Shown here: piece by piece, positions 18,895 through 27,752 of the stretch
How positions within the stretch are numbered: position 1 is the first letter of the stretch
Layout: each line of letters begins with the position of its first letter
Assembly: GCA_047974625.1 (NCBI GenBank)
Contig: JBKECK010000042.1
Span: 3,320 to 67,319, forward strand
From: Acidimicrobiales bacterium
Lineage (GTDB): Bacteria > Actinomycetota > Acidimicrobiia > Acidimicrobiales > SZUA-35
Direction: 5' to 3'
DNA length: 64,000 nucleotides
Position numbers and translations under genes: made by a program
Notes under the pieces: generated by a model
Seen by the model: only the letters and a program-made list of their open reading frames with translations
Told to the model about the DNA's origin: nothing
The model's database searches: none

Positions 18895-18942
18895 ACAACA
18901 CAGCCCTTTCGAACAACACAGCCCTTTCGAACAACACAGCCC
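18895..18942. repeat. 18-bp tandem repeat (acaacacagccctttcga x2.7)
   Basis: Units at 18895-18912 and 18913-18930, partial to 18942. It lies immediately downstream of the PIG-L stop. Confidence 0.95.
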
Positions 18943-18976
18943 GACTGGAGCGCCGGCACCGTCCGGTAGGGTCCGG

Positions 18977-19002
18977 GCCGTCTGAGCAGGCCGTCTGAGC
19001 AG
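18977..19002. repeat. 13-bp tandem duplication (gccgtctgagcag x2)
   Basis: Units at 18977-18989 and 18990-19002, read directly. Confidence 0.9.
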
Positions 19003-19046
19003 GTGGTCGGCGGCGCGGCCCAGACGGGGGCGGCTACGGTGCGATC

Positions 19047-20015
19047 ATGGCCCCAGCACTCGGCGTCTGCTTCCACCGGTTCCAGTCGGCCGGCGACATC
19101 GTGGCCCAGGCCCGTGCCGCCGAGGCGTCCGGCTACGACGAGCTGTGGGTGGTCGAGGACTGTTTCTTCACCGCCGGGCCCCCACTGGCCGCCGCCGCCC
19201 TGGCCGCCACCGATCGGATCCGGGTGGGTATCGGCATCATCCCGTCCCGCACCCGCCACCCCGCCCTCATCGCCATGGAGTTCGCCACCCTGGCCCAGCT
19301 CGCCCCCGGCCGGTTCCTGGGCGGGATCGGCCACGGGGTCCCCCATTGGATGCGGCAGCTGGAGGTCCAGCCGGAGTCGCCACTGACCGCCCTGCGGGAG
19401 ACCCTCACGGCCGTCCGCAAGCTGCTGGCCGGGGAGACGGTCACCACCCACGGGCGGTACGTGAACCTGACCGACGTGCGCCTCGACTTGGAGCTGGCCG
19501 AGGCGCCGCCGGTGTCGGCCGGGGTCCAGCAGGCCATGTCCCTGGAACTGTCCGGCCGTTACGCCGACGGCACCATCCTGGCCGAGCTGTGCAACCCCGC
19601 CTACCTGTCCTGGGCCCGGGACCATATCGCGGCCGGCGGAGCCGGCCGCTCCCACCGCACCACGGTGTACTGCTCCGCCTCGGTGAAGCTCAACGGCTCG
19701 GCCGCCCGGGAGGCGATGGTGCCGTTCGTGGCCGGGGTGTTCGAACGGCCCCCGCTGGCGGTCCAGATGCTCGACTTCTACCCGGAGCTCCAGCAGCGGG
19801 CCGAGACGGCCGGCTGGACCGAGACGGTGGCCCGGATGCCAGCGGAGTGGTGGCGGCAGCTCGGCCCCATCGGAACCCCAGACGACGCGGCCCAGTACCT
19901 CCGGGCCATGCGTCGGGCCCACGCCGACTCGCTGGTCATCTTCCCCGACCCGACCGATCCGATCGCCGACCTGCGCCGCTTTGCCATCAACGTCAGCCCC
20001 CTCCTGGCCGACTGA
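19047..20015 (+). CDS. luciferase-like (LLM class) flavin/F420-dependent oxidoreductase
   Basis: AEASGYDELWVVEDCFF, IGIIPSRTRHPALIAMEFATLAQLAPGRF.GGIGHG and GTILAE are typical LLM TIM-barrel motifs. The F420 versus FMN preference cannot be read from the sequence alone. Confidence 0.8.
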   Translation: MAPALGVCFHRFQSAGDIVAQARAAEASGYDELWVVEDCFFTAGPPLAAAALAATDRIRVGIGIIPSRTRHPALIAMEFATLAQLAPGRFLGGIGHGVPHWMRQLEVQPESPLTALRETLTAVRKLLAGETVTTHGRYVNLTDVRLDLELAEAPPVSAGVQQAMSLELSGRYADGTILAELCNPAYLSWARDHIAAGGAGRSHRTTVYCSASVKLNGSAAREAMVPFVAGVFERPPLAVQMLDFYPELQQRAETAGWTETVARMPAEWWRQLGPIGTPDDAAQYLRAMRRAHADSLVIFPDPTDPIADLRRFAINVSPLLAD

Positions 20016-20126
20016 CCGGTCGGGCCCGGCGCCGCGGCACGGCCAGCGGGCCCGGCACCGGCGAGCGGCCCCGGTGACGCCGGGCGAATCGAGAACCGGG
20101 ACCCGACTGTGCCAGACTTGGCACCG

Positions 20127-20885
20127 ATGCGCATCGGAATCCTCGGAGGCACCGGTCCCGCCGGCAGCAGCCTCGCCGCCCGGCTGGCCAGTGTCGGCTA
20201 CGACGTCACCGTCGGCTCCCGGTCGAAGTACCGCTCGATGGAGGCCGTCGACCAGCTGATCGACGACCACGAAGACCTCGCCGACCGGCTCCACCCCGGC
20301 GACAACGACGCCGCGGCGTCCTGCGACATGGTGGTCATCGCCACCCCGTGGGACTCGGCGGCCACCACCGCCCAGGCCAACGAGGAGGCCCTGGCCGGCA
20401 AGGTCGTGGTCTCCATGGCCAACGCCCTCGTCCGGGTGGGCCACGAGTTCCAACCCCTCGTCCCCCCTCGGGGGTCGGTGGCCGCCCACGTGCAGGCCGC
20501 GGTACCCCGGGCCCGGGTGGTGGCGGCGTTCCACCACCTCCCGGCCAAGGAGCTGGGCCACATCGGCAGCCCGATCGACTCCGACGTCCTGATCTGCGGC
20601 GACGATCCCGACGCCGTGGCCCAGGTGAGCGATGTGGTGTCCCACATCCCGGGCTGCCGGCCCCTGGACGCCGGTGAACTCTCGAACGCCACCGCCATCG
20701 AGGCCTTCACCGCCGTGCTCCTCCAGTTGAACGTGCGGTACAAGACCCGGGTCGCCCCCAAGCTCACCGGCATCAAGCGAGACCCCCGGGTCAAGCAGGC
20801 CAGCACGGCCACCGCCCGGCCGGCCACCAATCACGGCGCCCCGAACGACGGCGCCGGACCGGCCACCGTGCCCGCCGGCAGCTGA
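20127..20885 (+). CDS. NADPH-dependent F420 reductase (FNO/NpdG family)
   Basis: MRIGILGGTGPAGSSLAARLASVGYDVTVGSR is a Rossmann start. VVIATPW, VVVSMANAL and AAFHHLPA fit the family. The track ORF starts 18 nt earlier at GTG 20109. Confidence 0.8.
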   Translation: MRIGILGGTGPAGSSLAARLASVGYDVTVGSRSKYRSMEAVDQLIDDHEDLADRLHPGDNDAAASCDMVVIATPWDSAATTAQANEEALAGKVVVSMANALVRVGHEFQPLVPPRGSVAAHVQAAVPRARVVAAFHHLPAKELGHIGSPIDSDVLICGDDPDAVAQVSDVVSHIPGCRPLDAGELSNATAIEAFTAVLLQLNVRYKTRVAPKLTGIKRDPRVKQASTATARPATNHGAPNDGAGPATVPAGS

Positions 20886-20920
20886 TCCTCCCCCCGGTCC
20901 CGCCCGGGCGGCCGGGTCGG

Positions 20921-22066
20921 TCAGATGGCGGGACGGGTGGCCAGGATGTAGTGGTTGCCCCGGTCGTTGCGGACGTTGGTGGCCGTCACGTCCTCGAACC
21001 CGAGCCCGGAGAGCCGCTCCACGGCCAGTTCCTCCCCCCACGCCGCCCCCAGGCCCTCACCGCCGTAGGCCAGCGACACCGTCATGCAGTGCATGGTGGA
21101 CACGGTGTAGAGGAGGGGAGCCATGGGCAGGTCGGCGTTGTTGTGCACATGGCTCGACGCCTTGGGCTCCACGCACAGGTAGGTGCCCCCCGGCCGCAGT
21201 GCCGCCAACACCCCGCTCAACAGGCCGTCGGGGTGGGCCTGGTCGTGGACGGCGTCGAAGGTGGTGACCACGTCGAACCGCTCGTGCTCGTCGAGGGCGG
21301 CCGCGTCCCGCTCCATGAAGGTGACATTGTCGAGCCCGGCCGCGGTGGCCGCGGCCCGGGCCTGCTCCAGCGCCGCGGTGGCGATGTCGAAGCCGACGAA
21401 CCGGGAGTTGGGGAAGGCCCCGGCCAGGATGATCAACGCCCGACCGCTGCCACACCCCACGTCGGCCAGGTCGATACCGGCCTCGAGGCGGTCCGCCCCG
21501 CCGGGCAGGAGGGGGACGATCTCGCTGAGCAGCACGGCGTCGTACCGCTGCCCGGACGACTCGGCCATGATGGCGTGGAAGCCGGGGTAGCGGTCGTATG
21601 GCACCCCGCCGCCGGTGCGGAACGCCTCCACCACCTCGTCCTCCACCTGGCCCAGCAGTGACACGTACTGGCAGAACGTCGTCAGGTTGAGCGGTCCGGC
21701 AGCCCGGGTCAGCAGCCCGGCGTGCTCGCGGGGCAGGCGGTAGGTGCCGTTCGCCACGTTCAGCTCCACCACCTCACCGGTGGTCATGGCGGCCAGCCAT
21801 TCGCGGACGTAGCGCTCCTGCAGGCCGGCCGCCTCGGCGATCTCGTCCGAAGTGGCCCAGTCGAGCCCGGCCATGGTGTCGAACAGGCCGGTCTTGTGAC
21901 CGACCGAGCTCATCAGGGCGAGGGCACCCCCGTTCATGATCCCGGTCATCCGAGCCAGGAACGCGGCCGCCTTATCCCTGTTATACGGGGCCCGGTCATA
22001 GGGGGCCCTGTCAGACGGGGCCCGCTCGGCGGCGGTGGCGGGACCGGTGGTGGACGGCGTATCCAT
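20921..22066 (-). CDS. class I SAM-dependent methyltransferase with an N-terminal winged-helix-like domain
   Basis: It has SAM motif I (LADVGCGSGRALIILA) and post-I (FVGFDI). The N-terminal ~150 aa resemble an HTH/dimerisation domain. The N-terminus carries a short APSDRAPYDRAPYNRD reiteration. Confidence 0.75.
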   Translation of the reverse strand: MDTPSTTGPATAAERAPSDRAPYDRAPYNRDKAAAFLARMTGIMNGGALALMSSVGHKTGLFDTMAGLDWATSDEIAEAAGLQERYVREWLAAMTTGEVVELNVANGTYRLPREHAGLLTRAAGPLNLTTFCQYVSLLGQVEDEVVEAFRTGGGVPYDRYPGFHAIMAESSGQRYDAVLLSEIVPLLPGGADRLEAGIDLADVGCGSGRALIILAGAFPNSRFVGFDIATAALEQARAAATAAGLDNVTFMERDAAALDEHERFDVVTTFDAVHDQAHPDGLLSGVLAALRPGGTYLCVEPKASSHVHNNADLPMAPLLYTVSTMHCMTVSLAYGGEGLGAAWGEELAVERLSGLGFEDVTATNVRNDRGNHYILATRPAI

Positions 22067-22098
22067 GCCGATGCTCCTTAGCTCTGGGTTCCGACGGC

Positions 22099-23352
22099 TT
22101 AGCGTCGGGTTCCGACGGCGAGGTCCTTGAACGGGCTGGTGGTGTCGATCCCGGGCTCCTTGGGCAGGCCGAGCACCCGCTCACCCATGATGTTGCGGAG
22201 CACCTGGTCGGATCCGCCGGCGATGGCCATGGCCGGCACGCCGAGCACGTAGCCGGCCCAGGAGAACGTGCCCCACTCGCCGGTGTCGGCCACCAGCCGG
22301 GGACCGAGCACGTGGGCCACCAGGGCGGCGGTGCGGCGCTGGTTCTCGGTCAGGGCCAGCTTGGCGCCCGACATCTCCGGGCCCGGCAGCTGACCGGCCT
22401 TCATCCGGGCCAGGGACCGCTGGTTGGAGTAGCGCAGCACCTGACCCCGGGTGTAGATGTCCATCAGCATCTGACGGGTGACGGCGTCGTCGGCCAGGCC
22501 GAAGTGGCGGACCATCTCGGTGAGCCGGGTGAACCCGCCCCCGGCCGCCGCTCCCCCACCAATGGAGGCCCGCTCGTTCATGAGGGTGGTAAGGGCCACC
22601 CGCCAACCGTCGTTGACGTCGCCGAGACGGTGGGTGTCGGGCACCCGCACATCGGTGAAGAACACCTCGTTGAAGTTGGCCCCGCCCGTCATCTGGCGGA
22701 GCGGCACGACCTCCACCCCGGGGGCGTCCATGTCCACCACGAACCCGGTCAGGCCCCGGTGCTTTGGGAGGTCGGGGTCGGTCCGGCAGATCACCTCACC
22801 GACGTCGGAGTAGTGGGCGCCGGAGGTCCACACCTTCTGCCCATTGAGGATCCACTCGTCACCGTCACGCTCGGCCCGCATCTGCAGGCTGGCCAGGTCG
22901 GACCCGGCGCCGGGCTCGGAAAAGAGCTGGCATCCCACCAGGTCGCCCCGGTACAGCTTGGGCAGGAGGTCGGCGGCCACCTCGGGGGCGGCATGGTCCA
23001 GGATGGTCGGGGCCACCATGCCCAGGCCAATCCCGAAGAAGCGCTGTTCAGGGAGGTCGTAACGGGCCTCCAACTCGTTGTAGGCCCGCTCGAAGGTGCG
23101 GGGCAGCCCCCGACCGCCCAGCTCGGTGGGGCCGGTGATCCAGCCGAAACCGGCGTCGTACTTCGTGGCCCGCCATCCCTTGGCCTCGGCCAGGTCGTCG
23201 GCCTCCTTCGACCGGTCGACCTCCTCGAACAGGGACGGGTCGTCGGGCCCCTCCCCCCACACGAAGGCCTTGCTCTCCGCTTTCAGGGACGCATTGGCCT
23301 CGAGGAACTCCTCCGCCTCGGTGGTGAACTGTTCGATGGTCGTGTCGGGCAT
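22099..23352 (-). CDS. acyl-CoA dehydrogenase
   Basis: CQLFSEPGAGSDLASL, WILNGQKVWTSGA and a C-terminal GGSDQVLRNIMGERVLGLP match ACAD family motifs. Confidence 0.9.
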   Translation of the reverse strand: MPDTTIEQFTTEAEEFLEANASLKAESKAFVWGEGPDDPSLFEEVDRSKEADDLAEAKGWRATKYDAGFGWITGPTELGGRGLPRTFERAYNELEARYDLPEQRFFGIGLGMVAPTILDHAAPEVAADLLPKLYRGDLVGCQLFSEPGAGSDLASLQMRAERDGDEWILNGQKVWTSGAHYSDVGEVICRTDPDLPKHRGLTGFVVDMDAPGVEVVPLRQMTGGANFNEVFFTDVRVPDTHRLGDVNDGWRVALTTLMNERASIGGGAAAGGGFTRLTEMVRHFGLADDAVTRQMLMDIYTRGQVLRYSNQRSLARMKAGQLPGPEMSGAKLALTENQRRTAALVAHVLGPRLVADTGEWGTFSWAGYVLGVPAMAIAGGSDQVLRNIMGERVLGLPKEPGIDTTSPFKDLAVGTRR

Positions 23353-23560
23353 GGCGGTGTTCCCCCAAGGACTTCAGCAGATGGTGCGGGTCGACCCCGG
23401 TCGGCCCGGCCGTGATAGACGAGGATGTGGGCCCGGTCCATCACGGCCCCCGGTCCCACCGACCGGTGGTCGGCGGGCGGCGGTGGCCGATCCGGCCGGC
23501 GTGGTCCCCGGCGATCACCGTAGTTGGACCCGACGCGTCGGCCCCAACTACCGGCGGGAA

Positions 23561-24739
23561 CTACCGGTCCGGACGATCGCTGCGCAGGATCTCCTCGTAC
23601 CGGTCGAGCACCGCCGACACCCCGAACGCGGCCTCGGCCTGGGCAGCCCGGCGGCGACGCACCTCGGGTGGATCCGGTTCCGCCACGGTGGCCCTGATCG
23701 CCGCGGCTAGGGCGTCGTCGTCGCCGGGCGGGACGAGCCGGCCCGAACCGACGGTCCGGATCGGCACTCCCACGCCGGGCAGGTCGCTGACCACCACCGG
23801 CACGCCGGCCAGCATGGCCTCCACCTGGGTGATACCGAAAGCCTCCAGCCGGTTGACCGACGGGAGCACGAACACGTCGAGGGAGGCGAAGAGGTCCGGC
23901 AGCTCGTCGTCGGACACGAACCCGAGGAAGGTCACCCGATCGTCGGCCAGGGGCCGGAGCCGTTCGATGATGCTCCCCCCGGCCACATTGTCATGGTCGC
24001 CGGCGATCAGAACCCGGAGGTCGGGGTCATCGATCCGCTGCACGGCCCGAAGTAGCACGTCCAGGCCCTTCTCGGCCACGATCCGGCCGAGGAAGCCGAT
24101 GTGGGGCCCCGGTCCCCGCCGGAAGCTGGGCTTCCCCGGTGGACGGGCGATGACGGGGGGTGGGATGACGGTGACGGGGCACCCGATGGCGTCCCGCACC
24201 CGACTCTGGGCCAGATAGTCGTGGGAGGTGACGATCACCTCGTCGGCCCGGCGCAGCACCGCCCGGTCGGCGGCGTCGATGGCCCGACGCAGGACCTCGC
24301 CGGCAGGCCCGGGTTCGAACACCGGGTCGCAGTGGTACACCGGCACCAGCCGCTCCGGACGCCAGGTGCGGGCCAGCAGCCCCTCGGGCAGGGGCAGGTG
24401 GGCCTGCAGCACCCGGGTCCGTCGGGCCAGGCGGGCGGCATCGAGGGGGAACCGGGGCTGGAGCACCGCCTTGCCCACCGACGCGACCACGGGGCTGCGG
24501 CGGACGGTGACCCCCTCCACCACCTCCCGGTCGGGCAGGTCGGGCTCGTGGCGGGCGCACACCACCTCGACCCGGTACCCTCGGTCCGCCATGCCCTCGG
24601 CCACGATCCGGGCCACCTCGCTGAGCCCGCTCACATAGGGGCGGTAGTAATCGATGACCACACCGAGATCGACCGGCCGGTCGGCGCCAGACCCGGCCAC
24701 CGGAGACGACGACCGCGGGGAGCTCCGGGGGGCGCTCAC
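23561..24739 (-). CDS. GT4-family (GT-B fold) glycosyltransferase
   Basis: It has FLGRIVAEKGLDVLL and the E-x7-E region FVLPSVNRLEAFGITQVEAMLAGVPVV. Start chosen at GTG 24739, 8 nt after the UbiA stop. The upstream part of track ORF ..24850 overlaps the UbiA gene. Confidence 0.75.
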   Translation of the reverse strand: MSAPRSSPRSSSPVAGSGADRPVDLGVVIDYYRPYVSGLSEVARIVAEGMADRGYRVEVVCARHEPDLPDREVVEGVTVRRSPVVASVGKAVLQPRFPLDAARLARRTRVLQAHLPLPEGLLARTWRPERLVPVYHCDPVFEPGPAGEVLRRAIDAADRAVLRRADEVIVTSHDYLAQSRVRDAIGCPVTVIPPPVIARPPGKPSFRRGPGPHIGFLGRIVAEKGLDVLLRAVQRIDDPDLRVLIAGDHDNVAGGSIIERLRPLADDRVTFLGFVSDDELPDLFASLDVFVLPSVNRLEAFGITQVEAMLAGVPVVVSDLPGVGVPIRTVGSGRLVPPGDDDALAAAIRATVAEPDPPEVRRRRAAQAEAAFGVSAVLDRYEEILRSDRPDR

Positions 24740-24746
24740 CGGCCGC

Positions 24747-25676
24747 TCACCCCGCGGTGGTCCACAGACCGGCCAGGAACAGCACGATCCAGGCCGCCCC
24801 GATGATCTGGAGGAGGCGGTCGCCCAAGACCAGGCTCTCGGGGGCCTCACCCCGGCCCCGTTCGATCAGGAGCGAGTAGTAGAGGCAGCCGGTAAGGAAC
24901 GGGAGGATCGACACCTGATAGAACGGCAACGGCTGGCCGTGGCCGGCCACCGCGGTGAGGTCGGCCCGTTCGAACGCCCACAGCGAGTAGGCCAGGGCGG
25001 CGCCCGTCGTGGCCACACCCCGCACCTGGCGCAGATAGGCGTCGGTGTAGGCCCGCATGACCGGCCTGGTGGCCCCATCCGCCCCGGCATCGGCCAGTTC
25101 CGACTCGCGTTTCCCGGCCACCATCAGCAGGGACCCGAACATGGTCACCACGAAGAACCAGTTGGAGATGACCACCCCCACCGCGGCCGCCCCGGCCAGG
25201 GTCCGCAGCATGAAACCGACGGCCACGGTCATGATGTCGATCACGGGAATGTGCTTGAGCCAGACGCTGTACGAGAAGGTGAGGACCATGTAGGTGGCCA
25301 GGACCAGGGCGAGCTGGCCGTCGATCAGCCATCCGCCGACCACCGCCCCGACGGCGAGGACGCCGGCCAGGACGTAGGCGGAGCCGACCGACAGCTCCCC
25401 GGCCGCGATGGGCCGGAACCGTTTGGTCGGATGGCGCCGGTCCGATTCGACGTCGCGGGCGTCGTTGATCAGGTAGGTGGCGCTGGCGGCGGCGCAGAAC
25501 AGGGCGGCGGCCAGCGTGGTGAGCAGGAACGGGCGGGCCTGGGTGAGCAGACCGGCCGAGCCTGGGGCCGCGTACACCAGGACGTTCTTGGTCCACTGTT
25601 TGGGCCGCAGGGCCCGGATGACGGCGGGGGCGTTGCGGCCGCCCGACCTGGCGTCGACGGCCACGCCGGTGGTCAC
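24747..25676 (-). CDS. decaprenyl-phosphate phosphoribosyltransferase (UbiA family, Rv3806c type)
   Basis: LRPKQWTKNVLV, YLINDARDVESDRRHPTKRFRPIAAG, FGSLLMVAGKRESEL and YSLWAFER follow the M. tuberculosis Rv3806c sequence block for block (from memory). About 8 TM helices. Confidence 0.85.
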   Translation of the reverse strand: MTTGVAVDARSGGRNAPAVIRALRPKQWTKNVLVYAAPGSAGLLTQARPFLLTTLAAALFCAAASATYLINDARDVESDRRHPTKRFRPIAAGELSVGSAYVLAGVLAVGAVVGGWLIDGQLALVLATYMVLTFSYSVWLKHIPVIDIMTVAVGFMLRTLAGAAAVGVVISNWFFVVTMFGSLLMVAGKRESELADAGADGATRPVMRAYTDAYLRQVRGVATTGAALAYSLWAFERADLTAVAGHGQPLPFYQVSILPFLTGCLYYSLLIERGRGEAPESLVLGDRLLQIIGAAWIVLFLAGLWTTAG

Positions 25677-26455
25677 CTCGGCGACCGGGCCGTGGCGAAC
25701 AGGGACAGGGTCGTCTCGTCGACCGTCTCGGTGGGGGCGAAGTCCTCGGCGGTGATGGTGGTAGCTCCGCCGGCGTGGCGGCGGGCCTGGAGCCGGTAGA
25801 AGGCGCGGGTCCCGGTGGAGTAGGCGGCCACGTACCAGGAGCGGGGGATGCGGAACCGCAGACCGAGGGGGTCCAACCGGAGCACCTTGGCCGCCTGGGC
25901 CCGGCGGGCGGCGAAATCGGCCTTCACCTCGGGGGTTCCGTCGTGGCCGCCCACGTGGACATCACCGAAATGACGGCCCAGCATGCGATCCAGTGATTCG
26001 GGGGAGAACAGGTGGACGTGGAACGGGTTCTCGAAATCGGTGGTCTCGTTGGGGGTGAGCACCAGGGCCGTGCCCCCGGGGCGCAGCACCCGGGCCAACT
26101 CGGTGACGTGGGCCTCGGGATCGACGAAGTGCTCGATGATGTGCGACGAGATAATCCAGTCGACGCTTCGGTCGGCCAGCGGCAACCGGGCGCCGTCGGC
26201 GGCCAGGACATGGTACGCCCCACCGGCCCGTGACGCCGCGGTGACGGCCGCGTCGAGGTCGTAGTCGATCCCGATCACGGTGCGTTCCGGCGCCGCGAGC
26301 TCCCGGGTGCCGAGGCCGACCCCACAGCCCACGTCTACCACCAGCCCGTTGTCGATCAAGGAGGAAAGATCGCGATATCCGGCCCGGTGCAGAGCGATAA
26401 GCGCATCCGGGCTATAGCGATCATCAGGACGTTCGCCGGTGGCTCGCACCGGCAC
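25673..26455 (-). CDS. class I SAM-dependent methyltransferase
   Basis: It has motif I (VVDVGCGVGLG), VIGIDYD, SSHIIEHF and LRPGGTALV. Its stop overlaps the UbiA start by 4 nt. Confidence 0.8.
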   Translation of the reverse strand: MPVRATGERPDDRYSPDALIALHRAGYRDLSSLIDNGLVVDVGCGVGLGTRELAAPERTVIGIDYDLDAAVTAASRAGGAYHVLAADGARLPLADRSVDWIISSHIIEHFVDPEAHVTELARVLRPGGTALVLTPNETTDFENPFHVHLFSPESLDRMLGRHFGDVHVGGHDGTPEVKADFAARRAQAAKVLRLDPLGLRFRIPRSWYVAAYSTGTRAFYRLQARRHAGGATTITAEDFAPTETVDETTLSLFATARSPR

Positions 26456-26539
26456 AGTCTACGGCGGGCCCGCGCCCCGTGACGCGCATGCCTCACCCCC
26501 CTCCGGGGAGGGGTCCGCACGATGCCCGGGGGTGGCGGG

Positions 26540-26607
26540 TTGGCTCTTCTCAGCCGAGGCCTCATCGGGGGTGTGCTGTTGGCTCTTCGGCCGAGGCCTC
26601 ATCGGGG
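26540..26607. repeat. ~30-bp direct repeat x2 (ttggctcttc..gccgaggcctcatcgggg)
   Basis: Copy 1 is at 26540-26570 and copy 2 at 26579-26607. They differ by a 2-nt indel and one substitution. Each copy contains the palindrome GAGGCCTC. They lie upstream of the methyltransferase-UbiA-GT4 operon. Confidence 0.85.
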
Positions 26608-26618
26608 TGCCGGTCTAG

Positions 26619-27176
26619 CTAGGGTGCGACGCGGCCGCCGAGCTCACCGACCTGGTGGCAGAACGGAGCCACGTCGTCGGGCCCGGTCGTGAAACGCCGC
26701 ACGCTCAGACCCCAGCACCGCACGGTCTGCAACGGGGTGTCGATGCGGACCAGGCCGAGACAGAACCGGCAGGCCGGCTTGGCCATGACACGGGCTTCGT
26801 TGATCGGAATCCTGACCGTTGAAATCGGATTGTGAACCCGGATGGTCTCGTCGACGATGTCCACCCGCGACAACACGACCGACATAAGCGCGAACCAAAC
26901 CATGATGGCCCAAAACCACAGCCAGGCCGGCAGCGGATTCACCGAGGCGAGCACCCGTTCGACCGCCACGAACACCAGACCGCCAACCGGAATCACCACC
27001 ACACCCAGGCCGGCGACGGAGCGAACATCCCCCGTTCGGTAGGTGGAGGACTGGCTGCCTCCCACCTGGTGATGCTCGGACGGCACCCGGGGACCGAACG
27101 GTGTGAACCGACCGTCCGAATCTCGTTGGGCGTCCTCGTCGCCTCCCCCGACCTCACCCGAACCAACCATCCACAC
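26619..27176 (-). CDS. small membrane protein with a C-terminal bacterial PH-like domain
   Basis: It has two hydrophobic helices (GLGVVVIPVGGLVFVAV, WLWFWAIMVWFALMSVVL) followed by VDIVDETIRVHNPISTVRIPINEA, which resembles actinobacterial bPH domains. GC is visibly lower than in its neighbours. Confidence 0.55.
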   Translation of the reverse strand: MWMVGSGEVGGGDEDAQRDSDGRFTPFGPRVPSEHHQVGGSQSSTYRTGDVRSVAGLGVVVIPVGGLVFVAVERVLASVNPLPAWLWFWAIMVWFALMSVVLSRVDIVDETIRVHNPISTVRIPINEARVMAKPACRFCLGLVRIDTPLQTVRCWGLSVRRFTTGPDDVAPFCHQVGELGGRVAP

Positions 27177-27189
27177 CTCGACGTCGACC

Positions 27190-27345
27190 GACAGGCAGAC
27201 CTAGGTAAATTTATCTCTAAATGAGAAACTAGGTCGTAATTCAAGATCCAAAATCTAACGATTTACTTCAAGATGAATCGGCCACTTATCAGATCCACAA
27301 GTCGACTATAAACGACGACAGTTTGTGCATTGGATAGCTTCAAAT
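27190..27345. other. AT-rich non-coding tract
   Basis: My hand count over 27201-27340 gives 51 G+C of 140 nt (36%), in a window that is otherwise very GC-rich. It contains three ttcaag motifs and no ORF. Confidence 0.9.
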
Positions 27346-27400
27346 TTCAAGCACCGGCCGGAGGGGCGGTGAGGCCCAGCGGTCGGTGCACGGTCGCGGC

Positions 27401-27565
27401 ATGATTGACGGTGCTGTTGACCACCACCGACCGCTGGACGGTCCAGGGTCCAGGTGCGCCCTGCCGCGGCTCGAACGCGAGGAGATCTCGCGGCTGTTGA
27501 CCCTCAACCCCAAGATCAGCTGGGCCGAGATCGGCCGCCTCGTCGAGCGAGACCCGACCAACTAG
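27401..27565 (+). pseudogene. 54-codon remnant resembling the N-terminal HTH of an IS30-like transposase
   Basis: The ATG at 27401 gives MIDGAVDHHRPLDGPGSRCALPRLEREEISRLLTLNPKISWAEIGRLVERDPTN*. The L.REEREEISR...I.R.LGR.P pattern matches IS30-family HTH_38-type N-termini as I recall them. No catalytic domain follows. Confidence 0.35.
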
Positions 27566-27752
27566 CGGCAGTTGTAGGTGTTGCGACGGACCTGGGTCGG
27601 CCACCATCTGAACGTAGGCGGGGGCGCCCTCGTCAGCTTGATACCTAACCTTGATGCCTAGGCAGTTTCCGTTCGCGTAGTAACGGCCGGCGCGGTGGGT
27701 GGGGCGACGGACGGCCGGCGAGATAGGGGCGGCCGATCCGTAGACTCACGGG

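Noticed and set aside
18858-21041. 727-aa minus-strand ORF
   Set aside because: It runs antisense to the well-supported LLM oxidoreductase and F420 reductase genes. Its sequence is low-complexity Gly/Arg/Pro.
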